Shown here: piece by piece, positions 47,358 through 56,449 of the stretch | Numbering within the stretch: position 1 is the stretch's first letter | How the letters are laid out: each line of letters starts with the position of its first letter | Origin: Bacilli bacterium | GTDB taxonomy: Bacteria > Bacillota_I > Bacilli_A > RFN20 > CAG-826 | Length of the DNA: 64,000 nt | Direction: 5' to 3' | Assembly: GCA_050952725.1 (NCBI GenBank) | Contig: JBMNLN010000001.1 | Span: 752,108 to 816,107, forward strand | The notes under the pieces: generated by a model | Database searches by the model: none | Told to the model about the DNA's origin: nothing | What the model saw: only the letters and a program-made list of their open reading frames with translations | Made by a program: the position numbers and the translations under genes

Positions 47358-49882
47358 AATCTTTCCTCCAATAGGTTGATATTGAGTATTTTGGTCAAAT
47401 ATAGATGCGCATAAAGGGCACAGGGCCAAGTAAACCAATCGCGCGTGTATTCACTGGGATCATTGGCGTTAAAAGCCTCGTGCATCACATAAGTTCCCGC
47501 GGTCGTTGCCGTCATATAGGCAATCATCGTTTCAATTTCGCTTTGATTATCGGTGGTTAACCCCTGCATTGCTAACGCCATATGCCAGGGAACGGGAGTG
47601 TCAGGATGAGGGTTAGTTCCCCCGATCATATCGTGGGGATCACCAATGCCTTTCGCGTAAGTTCCCTCGTAATAATAGGGATTGTCTTGACTCAAGATAA
47701 AGGCTCTCGTATTTAAATAAGTTTGGTCATCTTTTTCCGCATATCCGAGCCAGGGAATTGATAATAAACTCGGAATATTAGCAGCGTCCATCAAGAGTTT
47801 CCCTTGCGCAGAATGCAGATCATGACTAAAACCATCAACTTCAAAAGCGTAGATTTTGCCATAAGTAGGGTGCTGATAGGTCGCATAGGTTTCGATCGCC
47901 GCTCTGACTTCACAAGCGAGCGTTGTCGCTAGATTTCGGGCTTCGGGAAAGCGATTGATCTCGTTGAGCAAAACCGCTATTTTCTCCAAAGTGGCAACAG
48001 CAAACATATTGCCAGGAATGAAGAATTTATAGTAAGTAACATCATCGCTGGGGCGATAGCCACTCCAGATTAAGCCGCTTTCGGTATTGACTTCATGGGG
48101 GCCGAAATCGCGATCACGACCCGTAATCATATAATTTTCATCGCGATGATCGCGCTCATTTTGCAAAGTGGTTAAGACCTTGTCCAAAGTAATTTGGAAG
48201 AAGGAGTCAAAGATTGTCGCATCTTGGGTAATGCGATAATATTTCTCCGCGAGCCATAAAGGATAAATCAAGGAATCGATTTCATATTTCAATTCAAAGA
48301 CGCTGCCATCAGCCTTAAAAGCGTTCGCATATTGATTGCGGCGCAATAGTTCAAATTGCCGCAAGAGCAAACCGCGCACTAATAACTGCACATCGGAATC
48401 AATCTTCATAAATTGCAAGTAGGGCAAAACCTGCGCACTGGAATCGCGCAACCACATCGCATCGATGTCGCCCGTAATGATAAAGGTGGTGCCATTGCGC
48501 TGGTTGGTTTGGATGACACTGGGCCAAGAGCCCTGGCTATTGGCAATACCATCCAGAGTCGCATAAAAAGTTTTTTGGACGGTGATTCTAGTGGTTTCGT
48601 CGCTGATTCCCTCAATTAGGGGATTGACATAACCGCGCATCGCTTGAAAAGTATAATCCGCGGTGGTCAGACCCAGTAAATTAAAGGCGACCTCATCACT
48701 AATCGCTGGAGTGTTTTCCAAATCGGTGATGATTTGTTCTAACGATAATAACCCCCAATCTCCCCGGGAATTATCGACGAATTCCAAGTAGAGAGCGCGA
48801 TTTTGATAAGGAATTAAATCGAGATAGTAAAGATGAGTGGCTTCCTCATCGGCCTCCTTCCAGCGGTCGCTAAAGAAGCGGAAAACCTCCTGATTAGTAC
48901 CGACGACTTTTAAGGAAACATAGGTCAGTTCGCGGTGTTTGGTCGCCCCAAGACGGAGTGAGGCAAACCGTTGACTCGTCACTTTAAATGCACTTGAACG
49001 CAGCACGCCAATCTTGGTTTCATCGGGGCGATTACTAAGGCGCTTGGCGGCATTAATATGGCTTTCTTGGAAGACTCCATCTTCCCCAATCACCGTGTAA
49101 CCAGAGAGCCCGTGACGGAAGTCGCCGTTATAAAGTGCGGTTGGGGTTCCCGCATAGTCATTGAAAACGGGCTTGATATCCTCAGCTTTGGTAAACCCGG
49201 TCAAATCGGGTCGGCTTTCGTAATAAGTCACAAAATGATCGACGACTAAATAACCGTAATTAGCCGTGGAACAATCGACTAAGGCAATTTTAATTTCTCT
49301 TCCTAACAAGCAACTTAAATCGACATAATAATCATTCATATTTTCGACGCGATAGGCGGGATGATCAGTGCTTGGCACATTAAATAATTGATTCCCGACG
49401 CGGTATAATTCCACCTCGGTTAAAGCATCGATAAAGGAAATGTAGGTAAGCGCCTGAAGATAGGCACCCCCTAATTTAAAGGTGATGATCCCGCTCCCTC
49501 CGACTATAAAAGCGGCCGAATGCAAAATCCCTTCTGCGCTTTCGTTTTGACTAAAGTAAAAGTAAGTTCCATCTTTGTTGTAGGGGACATCGGGATGGAC
49601 TTGATGAAAGTCGACGATATCGGAGTTTGAAAAAGCGTCGCCTTGGATGAGTTCCCATCCGGATAGATCCCCAGTTTCAAAATTTCCGTTGGCGATTTGA
49701 TAAATGCTCGGATCTTCTTCCGAACTCGACGAATCACCACTGCTCGCACTTGAGCATTCACTGCTCGAGGGATTAGATGAGTCGTGACTGCTGGAATGCG
49801 GCGGTTGACAGCTGAGCAAGATGAAAAAGTTCAGAAGTAAAAGGGAAATCTTTGAAAAATATCGTTTTCGTTTCACTTTCAT
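47354..49882 (-). CDS. Lipoprotein: two N-terminal CBM4_9-like β-sandwich domains plus a GH125 (exo-α-1,6-mannosidase family) catalytic domain.
   Basis: The lipobox is ILLSCQ with a Ser-rich linker. Two NG(N/D)FE.G..GW ... (I/V)L(H/R)S..F...G.G.I.FKLGG units are present. The C-terminal ...TFIITGDIDAMWLRDSSAQVLPYL... is the GH125/DUF1237 signature. Start codon choice (ATG 49882 or GTG 49876) is uncertain. Confidence 0.6.
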   Translation of the reverse strand: MKVKRKRYFSKISLLLLNFFILLSCQPPHSSSHDSSNPSSSECSSASSGDSSSSEEDPSIYQIANGNFETGDLSGWELIQGDAFSNSDIVDFHQVHPDVPYNKDGTYFYFSQNESAEGILHSAAFIVGGSGIITFKLGGAYLQALTYISFIDALTEVELYRVGNQLFNVPSTDHPAYRVENMNDYYVDLSCLLGREIKIALVDCSTANYGYLVVDHFVTYYESRPDLTGFTKAEDIKPVFNDYAGTPTALYNGDFRHGLSGYTVIGEDGVFQESHINAAKRLSNRPDETKIGVLRSSAFKVTSQRFASLRLGATKHRELTYVSLKVVGTNQEVFRFFSDRWKEADEEATHLYYLDLIPYQNRALYLEFVDNSRGDWGLLSLEQIITDLENTPAISDEVAFNLLGLTTADYTFQAMRGYVNPLIEGISDETTRITVQKTFYATLDGIANSQGSWPSVIQTNQRNGTTFIITGDIDAMWLRDSSAQVLPYLQFMKIDSDVQLLVRGLLLRQFELLRRNQYANAFKADGSVFELKYEIDSLIYPLWLAEKYYRITQDATIFDSFFQITLDKVLTTLQNERDHRDENYMITGRDRDFGPHEVNTESGLIWSGYRPSDDVTYYKFFIPGNMFAVATLEKIAVLLNEINRFPEARNLATTLACEVRAAIETYATYQHPTYGKIYAFEVDGFSHDLHSAQGKLLMDAANIPSLLSIPWLGYAEKDDQTYLNTRAFILSQDNPYYYEGTYAKGIGDPHDMIGGTNPHPDTPVPWHMALAMQGLTTDNQSEIETMIAYMTATTAGTYVMHEAFNANDPSEYTRDWFTWPCALYAHLYLTKILNINLLEERL

Positions 49883-49887
49883 CCTCC

Positions 49888-51345
49888 TTAGTAGGCGAGA
49901 TTACGCGCATGATTAACGGTGGTTAAATCGGGTAAATCCTCGTAATAGGTCTGAATCTCGCTGACAAAGATGGTGTCCCAACTATCCGTGGCGTTATCGA
50001 CGATTTCCAAATAGGCGACTTGATCGATGTAATCGCTCAGGTCGAGGAAATATTCGACCAGGTTAGTGCCATCATGCCGCTGATTGGCAAGGCGGTAGAT
50101 TTCGCGATTCGAACCATATAACCGCACGGAAACATAGGTATCTTTATCGAAACGGACTCCTTTACCCGCTGCGAGTTTAAGCGAAGCATAACCGACACCA
50201 TCGATAGTAAATAAAGATGAACGGATCAGCCCGCGCCCTGCATCGCCCTGAGCGTTGCTTTTAAGAATCATCGCTTCGACATGAAAAGTCGAAGAATTTG
50301 ACCACCCTAAATTATCTGACGTCTTCCACAGGGCCATCCCTTGGCGAAAGTCACCATTCGGGAGTTGATTCGGCGCGTAATCTTGGGCAAAGGTCGGAAG
50401 TTGATTAAGCGCTAGATAAGATGCCGTTTCATCTGGCACAACTTCATGATAAGTCTCAAGGGCATCAAAGGTGAGATAATCATCTTCACGCCCGCCGTAG
50501 TCGTTAATGACCGCATAGAGTTCTTCGCCTAAATAAGCGCTTAAATCCGCGCGATAAGAAGTGGTCGCACCATCGCGACTGGGCGAAAAGGGGTCATGAT
50601 ATTGAGAGGCGCTATAACGGGCAATTTCGTGATGATCACGGGCCCGATAAATCGCCAGATAAGCTAAATCGGCGACCCGTCCTGCCCCCATTTTAAAAGT
50701 AAGATAGCCACTTCCTCCTAAAGTAAAGAGCGAAGAAGTTAATCTTCCGATTTTTTCTTCATAAAGCGCTTTATTTTCGTTTAGAGGCGGTCCGAGTAGA
50801 TATTCTCCATGGTCGGTTAAAGGTTCCGGTGAAGTTTTTCCCCGCGCGATAACCGCATCATTAGTAAAAGCTAATAAGTTCCGTTCTCCTTTGAAAACGG
50901 TGTGCGCGGTCCAACCAAATAAGTCACCAGTTTCAAAGGAGTGATTGATAATTCGATATCGATTATGGCGATCGAGAACTTCGAAGTTCAAAGTGCTTTG
51001 ACCGTTTGGAGCATGGACTTTTAGCGCATAAACGCCTGGGGCAAGATTGACTAAATAGTGTTTTTTAATATAGAGATGGTCGTCGATGATTTCGTAATCA
51101 CGAGCGATGATATTGTGACCACTCAAGAAGGAAATATCGTATTTCGTATTATCAAAGACATATTCCAAATCGTTTAATTGATCAAAATCAAATGCATCGA
51201 CAATTTTGGTGAGAACAAAATCATCAACTTCCGCTTCGGGGCTATTTCCATTTGCACTCGGCGAAGAAGATGGCGTTTCTGAAAAGGACTGCCCACATCC
51301 AGTAAGGAGTAATAAATTCAACAATAGCGTTACTTTCAATCTCAT
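49888..51345 (-). CDS. Lipoprotein with tandem CBM4_9-like domains and no catalytic domain.
   Basis: The lipobox is LLLTGCGQ. The motifs INHSFETGDLFGWTAH ... GRLTSSLFTLGGSGYLTFKMGAG and PNGDFRQGMALW ... GLIRSSLFTIDGVGYASLKLAAG are paralogous to the N-terminus of the adjacent GH125 protein. Confidence 0.55.
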   Translation of the reverse strand: MRLKVTLLLNLLLLTGCGQSFSETPSSSPSANGNSPEAEVDDFVLTKIVDAFDFDQLNDLEYVFDNTKYDISFLSGHNIIARDYEIIDDHLYIKKHYLVNLAPGVYALKVHAPNGQSTLNFEVLDRHNRYRIINHSFETGDLFGWTAHTVFKGERNLLAFTNDAVIARGKTSPEPLTDHGEYLLGPPLNENKALYEEKIGRLTSSLFTLGGSGYLTFKMGAGRVADLAYLAIYRARDHHEIARYSASQYHDPFSPSRDGATTSYRADLSAYLGEELYAVINDYGGREDDYLTFDALETYHEVVPDETASYLALNQLPTFAQDYAPNQLPNGDFRQGMALWKTSDNLGWSNSSTFHVEAMILKSNAQGDAGRGLIRSSLFTIDGVGYASLKLAAGKGVRFDKDTYVSVRLYGSNREIYRLANQRHDGTNLVEYFLDLSDYIDQVAYLEIVDNATDSWDTIFVSEIQTYYEDLPDLTTVNHARNLAY

Positions 51346-52268
51346 ACGGGCATCAACCTTTCATATTCGAGAAATGGATCTTTCATCAGGGCATAATGGC
51401 CTTCAGCATCGCTTAAACCGACATACAGGGTGGCCAAATGATTCGCGTGACGGATGATGCCGCCCGCAAAAACCACATCGACCAAATCGGGACGTTTACT
51501 AGCGCCGGGGGCAAAATCTCGACGTTCACAGATGATTTTAAGAGGAGTTGCCACCTGGGTTTTCGGATTAAAAGCAAAAGTCATCCCGTAATAATGTCGC
51601 ACCTGAGTTTCGCTCATCATCGCGATATGGCCCAAGATGCCGATCCATCCATTTTTCAGAAGGAGCACATCGTTGACTCCGCCCCAGGTCAAATCGCCAA
51701 ATTGTCCGGGAATAATCGGCGCCTGTTCGATCAGTTCGGTGGTAATATCGCTGAGTTTTGGGGCAAAAGTGTAGCCGATTTTACCGAGTCCCGCCTTTTC
51801 TCCTTGCGGCCGAGTAAAGATGTGAATTCCCCTATAATCTTGAAATAAGCGCACATCTTTCATCTGCCGAGGCGCACTTAAGACTTTTTTGAAAGAGTCG
51901 AGACCTGATCCTTGATAAAAACTGGTGTGCCAGTGCGTGATTTGCCTTGTGGCATCAGCGAATATTTCCGTGCCCCCAATCATTAATTGGCCATCGATTA
52001 CGGCGATATATGGATCTTGGAGAAAAGGAAGCTGATAGGGAGTGGCGCGATAAGTAGCGTCATCGATTGCTTCAAAAAAGACCACGCGAGAAATTTCTTG
52101 ATCACGAGGTTCGACCCGTCCTGCTAAATAGGTTTTCCCCTTCCAGACCAGGGGGCGCGAAATGTTATAGACATCTTCCTGGTCCACGCCTAAAAAGGTA
52201 ATCTTTTGCGTTTTAATGATCGCCTGATGTTGCCGATGGTCTTGTAATAATTTTGCAATTTTCTCCAT
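51342..52268 (-). CDS. Hypothetical β-propeller-like protein, possibly a DUF1861 or GH130-like glycosidase-fold protein.
   Basis: The 308 aa product has no signal peptide and sits in the operon between the permease and CBM-lipoprotein genes. The family call is by weak recall only. Confidence 0.35.
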   Translation of the reverse strand: MEKIAKLLQDHRQHQAIIKTQKITFLGVDQEDVYNISRPLVWKGKTYLAGRVEPRDQEISRVVFFEAIDDATYRATPYQLPFLQDPYIAVIDGQLMIGGTEIFADATRQITHWHTSFYQGSGLDSFKKVLSAPRQMKDVRLFQDYRGIHIFTRPQGEKAGLGKIGYTFAPKLSDITTELIEQAPIIPGQFGDLTWGGVNDVLLLKNGWIGILGHIAMMSETQVRHYYGMTFAFNPKTQVATPLKIICERRDFAPGASKRPDLVDVVFAGGIIRHANHLATLYVGLSDAEGHYALMKDPFLEYERLMPV

Positions 52269-52272
52269 ATTG

Positions 52273-53169
52273 TTATCCTTTAATGCCGACCCCCGCGACC
52301 GATTGTAAAAATTTCTTCTGCATAAAACTAAACAAGAAGACGACGGGAATTAAACTGATAAGACTAGCCACCGAGACGTAGTTCCACGGGATTAAATAGG
52401 AACTGGAGCCGCCTTCGCGATATAAATTTTCAAAGATGGAAATGCTATTGGCCATCACCCAATGCGATTTATCGCTAATATAGAGAGCGGGTCCGTACAA
52501 GTCGTTATAGGTCCCGACGAAGTAGAGAAGAATTACCGTGGTAATCGCCGGTATATTGAGGGGTAAGATAATTTTAAAGAAGATAGCGACTTCCCCATAC
52601 CCATCCATCCGCGCGGCTTCAATCAGGGCTTTGGGGATAGTTTGGAAAAATTGTCGGAACATGAAGATTACAAAAATATCGGTGGCAAACCACGAAGCAA
52701 TCCACAGGGGAATATAGGCGACTTCCTTCAGTCCGGAATTGACCATGAATTCATAAATTGGGATACCGAGAAGTTCTCCGGGAATCATCATCGTCGACAG
52801 CAAGATGAAGAAGATGATGTTCTTGCCAGGAAATTTAAAGAAAGTAAATCCATAAGCCGCTAGCGAACAGGTGATAATCGTCCCCAAGGTCTTTAAGACA
52901 AAGATGATCATCGTGTTACAAAACATCCGCCCAATTTTATAATCAGGATGATTCAAAACGAACTTGAGATTCTCTCCTAAGGCGAAAGAATGGGGGAACA
53001 TCGTCGCTTGCGTTGCCGCCTCATTTAAATCTTTCATCGCCGTAATCAATAAGTAATAAAGTGGGACCAGCGCGATAAAAGCAAAAAACGATAACGCAAA
53101 ATAGATGAAGGCTTTGCGGGCGTTTTCTTTCCGTTTCGGGTTCGTTTTCTTGGCAGAGGTGGGCTTCAT
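52273..53169 (-). CDS. Carbohydrate ABC transporter permease (MalG/UgpE-like).
   Basis: Six transmembrane helices and an EAA loop (EAARMDGYGEVAIFFKIILP). Confidence 0.75.
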   Translation of the reverse strand: MKPTSAKKTNPKRKENARKAFIYFALSFFAFIALVPLYYLLITAMKDLNEAATQATMFPHSFALGENLKFVLNHPDYKIGRMFCNTMIIFVLKTLGTIITCSLAAYGFTFFKFPGKNIIFFILLSTMMIPGELLGIPIYEFMVNSGLKEVAYIPLWIASWFATDIFVIFMFRQFFQTIPKALIEAARMDGYGEVAIFFKIILPLNIPAITTVILLYFVGTYNDLYGPALYISDKSHWVMANSISIFENLYREGGSSSYLIPWNYVSVASLISLIPVVFLFSFMQKKFLQSVAGVGIKG

Positions 53170-53171
53170 GT

Positions 53172-54101
53172 TCAGGTGATATCCTTTTCGACATAGAATT
53201 TTGACATGAAGAACTGAAACAGGGTAAAAGCGAAGATAATCAAGAAGAACAACCAGGCCATCGCCGCTGCATAACCAAGGCGGAAAGGCATATTAAAGGC
53301 AGTCATAAACATATAGATAGGGAATAAGAGAGTGGAGTTACTCGGCCATCCTTGCCCATTCCCCATCACGAAGGCTAGGGAAAAAGCGCGAAGGCCATCG
53401 ATGGTAATCAACACCACATTGAAAAATAACATTGGAGTAATCAGCGGCAAGGTGATTTTGAAGAACTGCTGAACCCGCGTCGCTCCTTCGAGTTCGGCCG
53501 CTTCATAGTAATGTTCGGGAATACTTTGGAGCGCGGCGAGAAACACGAGCATTTTGACTCCAAACCCCATCGAGCTAATTAAAATCATCGTTAACAATGC
53601 GGAATCAGGGGAAATATGCCAAAGGGGAAGATGGACAAATCCCAAGAAACTCAAGACTTGGTTAACCAGACCAGTACTTGGATTAAATAAGTTTTTATAG
53701 ACGGCCCCAACTGCAAAACTAGGGATGATAAACGGAAGCATATAAATCGTGCGAAAGACCCCGATTCCTTTTACTTTGCTATTGAGTAACAAAGCGAGAA
53801 TAAGCGAAGTCACCAGGACAAAGAAACCGCTCACTAAGGCGAAAATCATCGACTGCTTAATCGATAAGGCGAAGAGGTGATCGTGTTTTAAAGCATATAG
53901 ATAATTTTCCCAACCGATAAACTCCGTATTCGTATCAAAGATGCTCTTATTGGTGAATGATAAGATCAAGGTTTTAACAATCGGATAAAAGTAAAAGAGC
54001 AAGAAGCCAATTAAGGCAATCCCAGTGAAAAGAAGAAAATAACGATAATCTTTTTTGAAATTCTTCTTAAATAACTTCCATTTGGTCTTAATCGCGCTCA
54101 T
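53172..54101 (-). CDS. Carbohydrate ABC transporter permease (MalF/UgpA-like).
   Basis: Six transmembrane helices and an EAA loop (EAAELEGATRVQQFFKITLP). Confidence 0.75.
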   Translation of the reverse strand: MSAIKTKWKLFKKNFKKDYRYFLLFTGIALIGFLLFYFYPIVKTLILSFTNKSIFDTNTEFIGWENYLYALKHDHLFALSIKQSMIFALVSGFFVLVTSLILALLLNSKVKGIGVFRTIYMLPFIIPSFAVGAVYKNLFNPSTGLVNQVLSFLGFVHLPLWHISPDSALLTMILISSMGFGVKMLVFLAALQSIPEHYYEAAELEGATRVQQFFKITLPLITPMLFFNVVLITIDGLRAFSLAFVMGNGQGWPSNSTLLFPIYMFMTAFNMPFRLGYAAAMAWLFFLIIFAFTLFQFFMSKFYVEKDIT

Positions 54102-54104
54102 CGA

Positions 54105-55421
54105 CTAATCTCCATATAAATTGCGATAATAGCTATTCACATTATTTTCAATGCGGGTTAAGACCGCGACCACATCGGTTTCGGCTCCGCGGCCATCGAT
54201 CATCAGTTTATATAATTCACTCATCACGAACTCGCGCATAATCTTAGAAAAATCTTTTTCTTGTGGCAGGACCACCGCTTCGTTAATCGCCGCAAAAAGA
54301 GCCTCAATCTTTATTCGTTTTTGTTTTTCGCGGGGGAGTTCTCCAATATAGGCTTGCATGTTTTTAAGGGCCCCAATTTTGCCGTGTTCATACATTTTTA
54401 GCGCTCCTTCTTTCCCGGCCCAAAGTTTTAAAAAGTTAAATGCAGCTTGATTTTTTTTGCTGCGCACGGAAATGCCAAAAGCATCCGCGGATAATTCTCC
54501 ACCTGGAGCATTAGGACGGCCAACTGGTTTAGGCAACACTTCGATATCCCAGTCGAGATCGAGAACATCATAGGAGAACCAGTCCCCGATATGTCCGCCA
54601 AAAATCATCGCCACATTCCCGGCTGAAAAGGAATTAGCACTGGCCATCTCATTAGCGTTAGGACTGAATTTAACCCCTTCTGTCCCCATCGCCTTTTCCC
54701 GGAAGAAAGTCGTCGCGGCGATGACTTCAGCACTCGTTAGATTAACTTGATGGTTATGCGTATTAGGGACATAGAAAGTCCCGCCCATTTGCTGGACATA
54801 AACATACCATTCTCCCCACCAGTTGAGTTGGGTTTCGGCGCCGAAATGATGAGGCGGCGCTCCAGTATATTTGGTCATCGCCACGCCAGCTTTTTGAAAA
54901 TCATCATAAGTCCAATCCGCCTGGGGATAGACGCTTTCGTCAGCCTTGAGATCAAGCGCACTGCGGATGGCTGGAGCATGTTGATCAAACATCGCTTTGT
55001 TGTAATAAAGTAGCGAGGTATTAATCGAGGTAGGAATCGCGTACACTTTGCCATCAAGGGTTAAGGCGGCCACGATTGGATCGAGATAATCACTTAATTT
55101 AAAGTCGTTATCAGCCCTGATTAAACTAGTTAAATCGATTAAAGAGGGGCGCATCGCTTCAATGATGACCGTACTCGTTTTGATGATATCGGGCTCATCT
55201 TTGGTGCCGATTAATTTTCCCACATCTTGACCATAGGTCGCCTTAACCGCAATCCCTGTTTGATTTTGATAAAGAGCAAATAAATCATCATATCGTCCAT
55301 CATCTTCAATATCGAGAGCGATTTTAATCTCATTGAGATGATCATGACCAAAACAACCTGTTAGCGTCATGCCTAAGGTCGATAAACTCAACAAGAAACT
55401 CACTTTAAGGTACCGTTTCAT
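54105..55421 (-). CDS. Carbohydrate ABC transporter substrate-binding lipoprotein.
   Basis: The lipobox is MTLTGCFG. It has a sugar-SBP family-1 profile. Confidence 0.7.
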   Translation of the reverse strand: MKRYLKVSFLLSLSTLGMTLTGCFGHDHLNEIKIALDIEDDGRYDDLFALYQNQTGIAVKATYGQDVGKLIGTKDEPDIIKTSTVIIEAMRPSLIDLTSLIRADNDFKLSDYLDPIVAALTLDGKVYAIPTSINTSLLYYNKAMFDQHAPAIRSALDLKADESVYPQADWTYDDFQKAGVAMTKYTGAPPHHFGAETQLNWWGEWYVYVQQMGGTFYVPNTHNHQVNLTSAEVIAATTFFREKAMGTEGVKFSPNANEMASANSFSAGNVAMIFGGHIGDWFSYDVLDLDWDIEVLPKPVGRPNAPGGELSADAFGISVRSKKNQAAFNFLKLWAGKEGALKMYEHGKIGALKNMQAYIGELPREKQKRIKIEALFAAINEAVVLPQEKDFSKIMREFVMSELYKLMIDGRGAETDVVAVLTRIENNVNSYYRNLYGD

Positions 55422-56449
55422 AAAACCTCTCCTAAATTCGCAGCGATTTCATCATAGGTTAAGGTGGCCACAGCAATCGCCTCATCGCACACCCCGTAAT
55501 AGATTTTCACTTCATGTTCTTCAAAAACGGCACCACAGGTAAAGACGACTTCGGGCATCAATCCCCCTTTTTCAAAAGGTTCCGTGGGGGCGATGAGCGG
55601 CTCTTTACTTCTTTTAAGGACTTTACTCGGGTCATCTTTAGCAACTAAGAGGGCGGCGAGATGATAACGGTTGAAAGAATCCGCACTATGGTAGAGGACC
55701 AACCATCCATCTTTGCTCAGGTGAGGAACAGCGCCAGCCCCTAAGCGCACACTGGCCGTATAGTCAATCCGCGCTCCCGTTAATACTTGATGCTCTCCCC
55801 AATGGAGCAGATTCGTACTCCGGGCCACCCAGATATCGAGACGGCCAAATTCACTAGTACTCGGCCGGTGATAAGCATAGTAATATCCGTTAATTTTCTT
55901 TGGGAATAAAACCACATCTTTATTATCGAAATGAAAGATATTGCCCAACCGCTCAAACGTTTTAAAATCGCTGGTCACCATCAGGCGGACATTGATTCCA
56001 TACTCACTGACTGCGGTATAGGAAATATAATACTTGTCGTCGATTCTGGTAATGCGGGGATCTTCTAGACCGAATTCTTCATAGATTGAATCGGGTAAAA
56101 TCGGGGTTTCATCAAAGGTGAAGTGATATCCGTCCTGACTTCGTCCCACGCGGAAATGACTGATGGAGGTCAAATAATTTTGCTGGTGATTGCGAATCAC
56201 GCGCACATCCGAGAAGTCATAATGCGAATCATCAAGGGCAAACTTCAAAAAGGTATAGTCATGGTTGCGATAGACGGGAATGACGACATGAGAATCTTTT
56301 TGGAAAGCGATCGTTTCGGCGACACGAGCTAGCATAATATATTGATTATCAACTTTAATAATCGCGGGATTAAACACCCCAAACACCTTAAAATCAGGAC
56401 GAGTTGGTTGAAGGGTCTCTTTGGTAATAATTAATCGCTTCTTCATCAT
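55418..56449 (-). CDS. GH130-family β-mannoside phosphorylase or glycosidase.
   Basis: FGVFNPAIIKVDNQYIMLARV, FGLEDPRITRIDDKYYISYTA and DVVLFPKKINGYYYAYHRP are GH130 hallmark segments. The protein is intracellular, with no signal peptide. Confidence 0.75.
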   Translation of the reverse strand: MMKKRLIITKETLQPTRPDFKVFGVFNPAIIKVDNQYIMLARVAETIAFQKDSHVVIPVYRNHDYTFLKFALDDSHYDFSDVRVIRNHQQNYLTSISHFRVGRSQDGYHFTFDETPILPDSIYEEFGLEDPRITRIDDKYYISYTAVSEYGINVRLMVTSDFKTFERLGNIFHFDNKDVVLFPKKINGYYYAYHRPSTSEFGRLDIWVARSTNLLHWGEHQVLTGARIDYTASVRLGAGAVPHLSKDGWLVLYHSADSFNRYHLAALLVAKDDPSKVLKRSKEPLIAPTEPFEKGGLMPEVVFTCGAVFEEHEVKIYYGVCDEAIAVATLTYDEIAANLGEVL

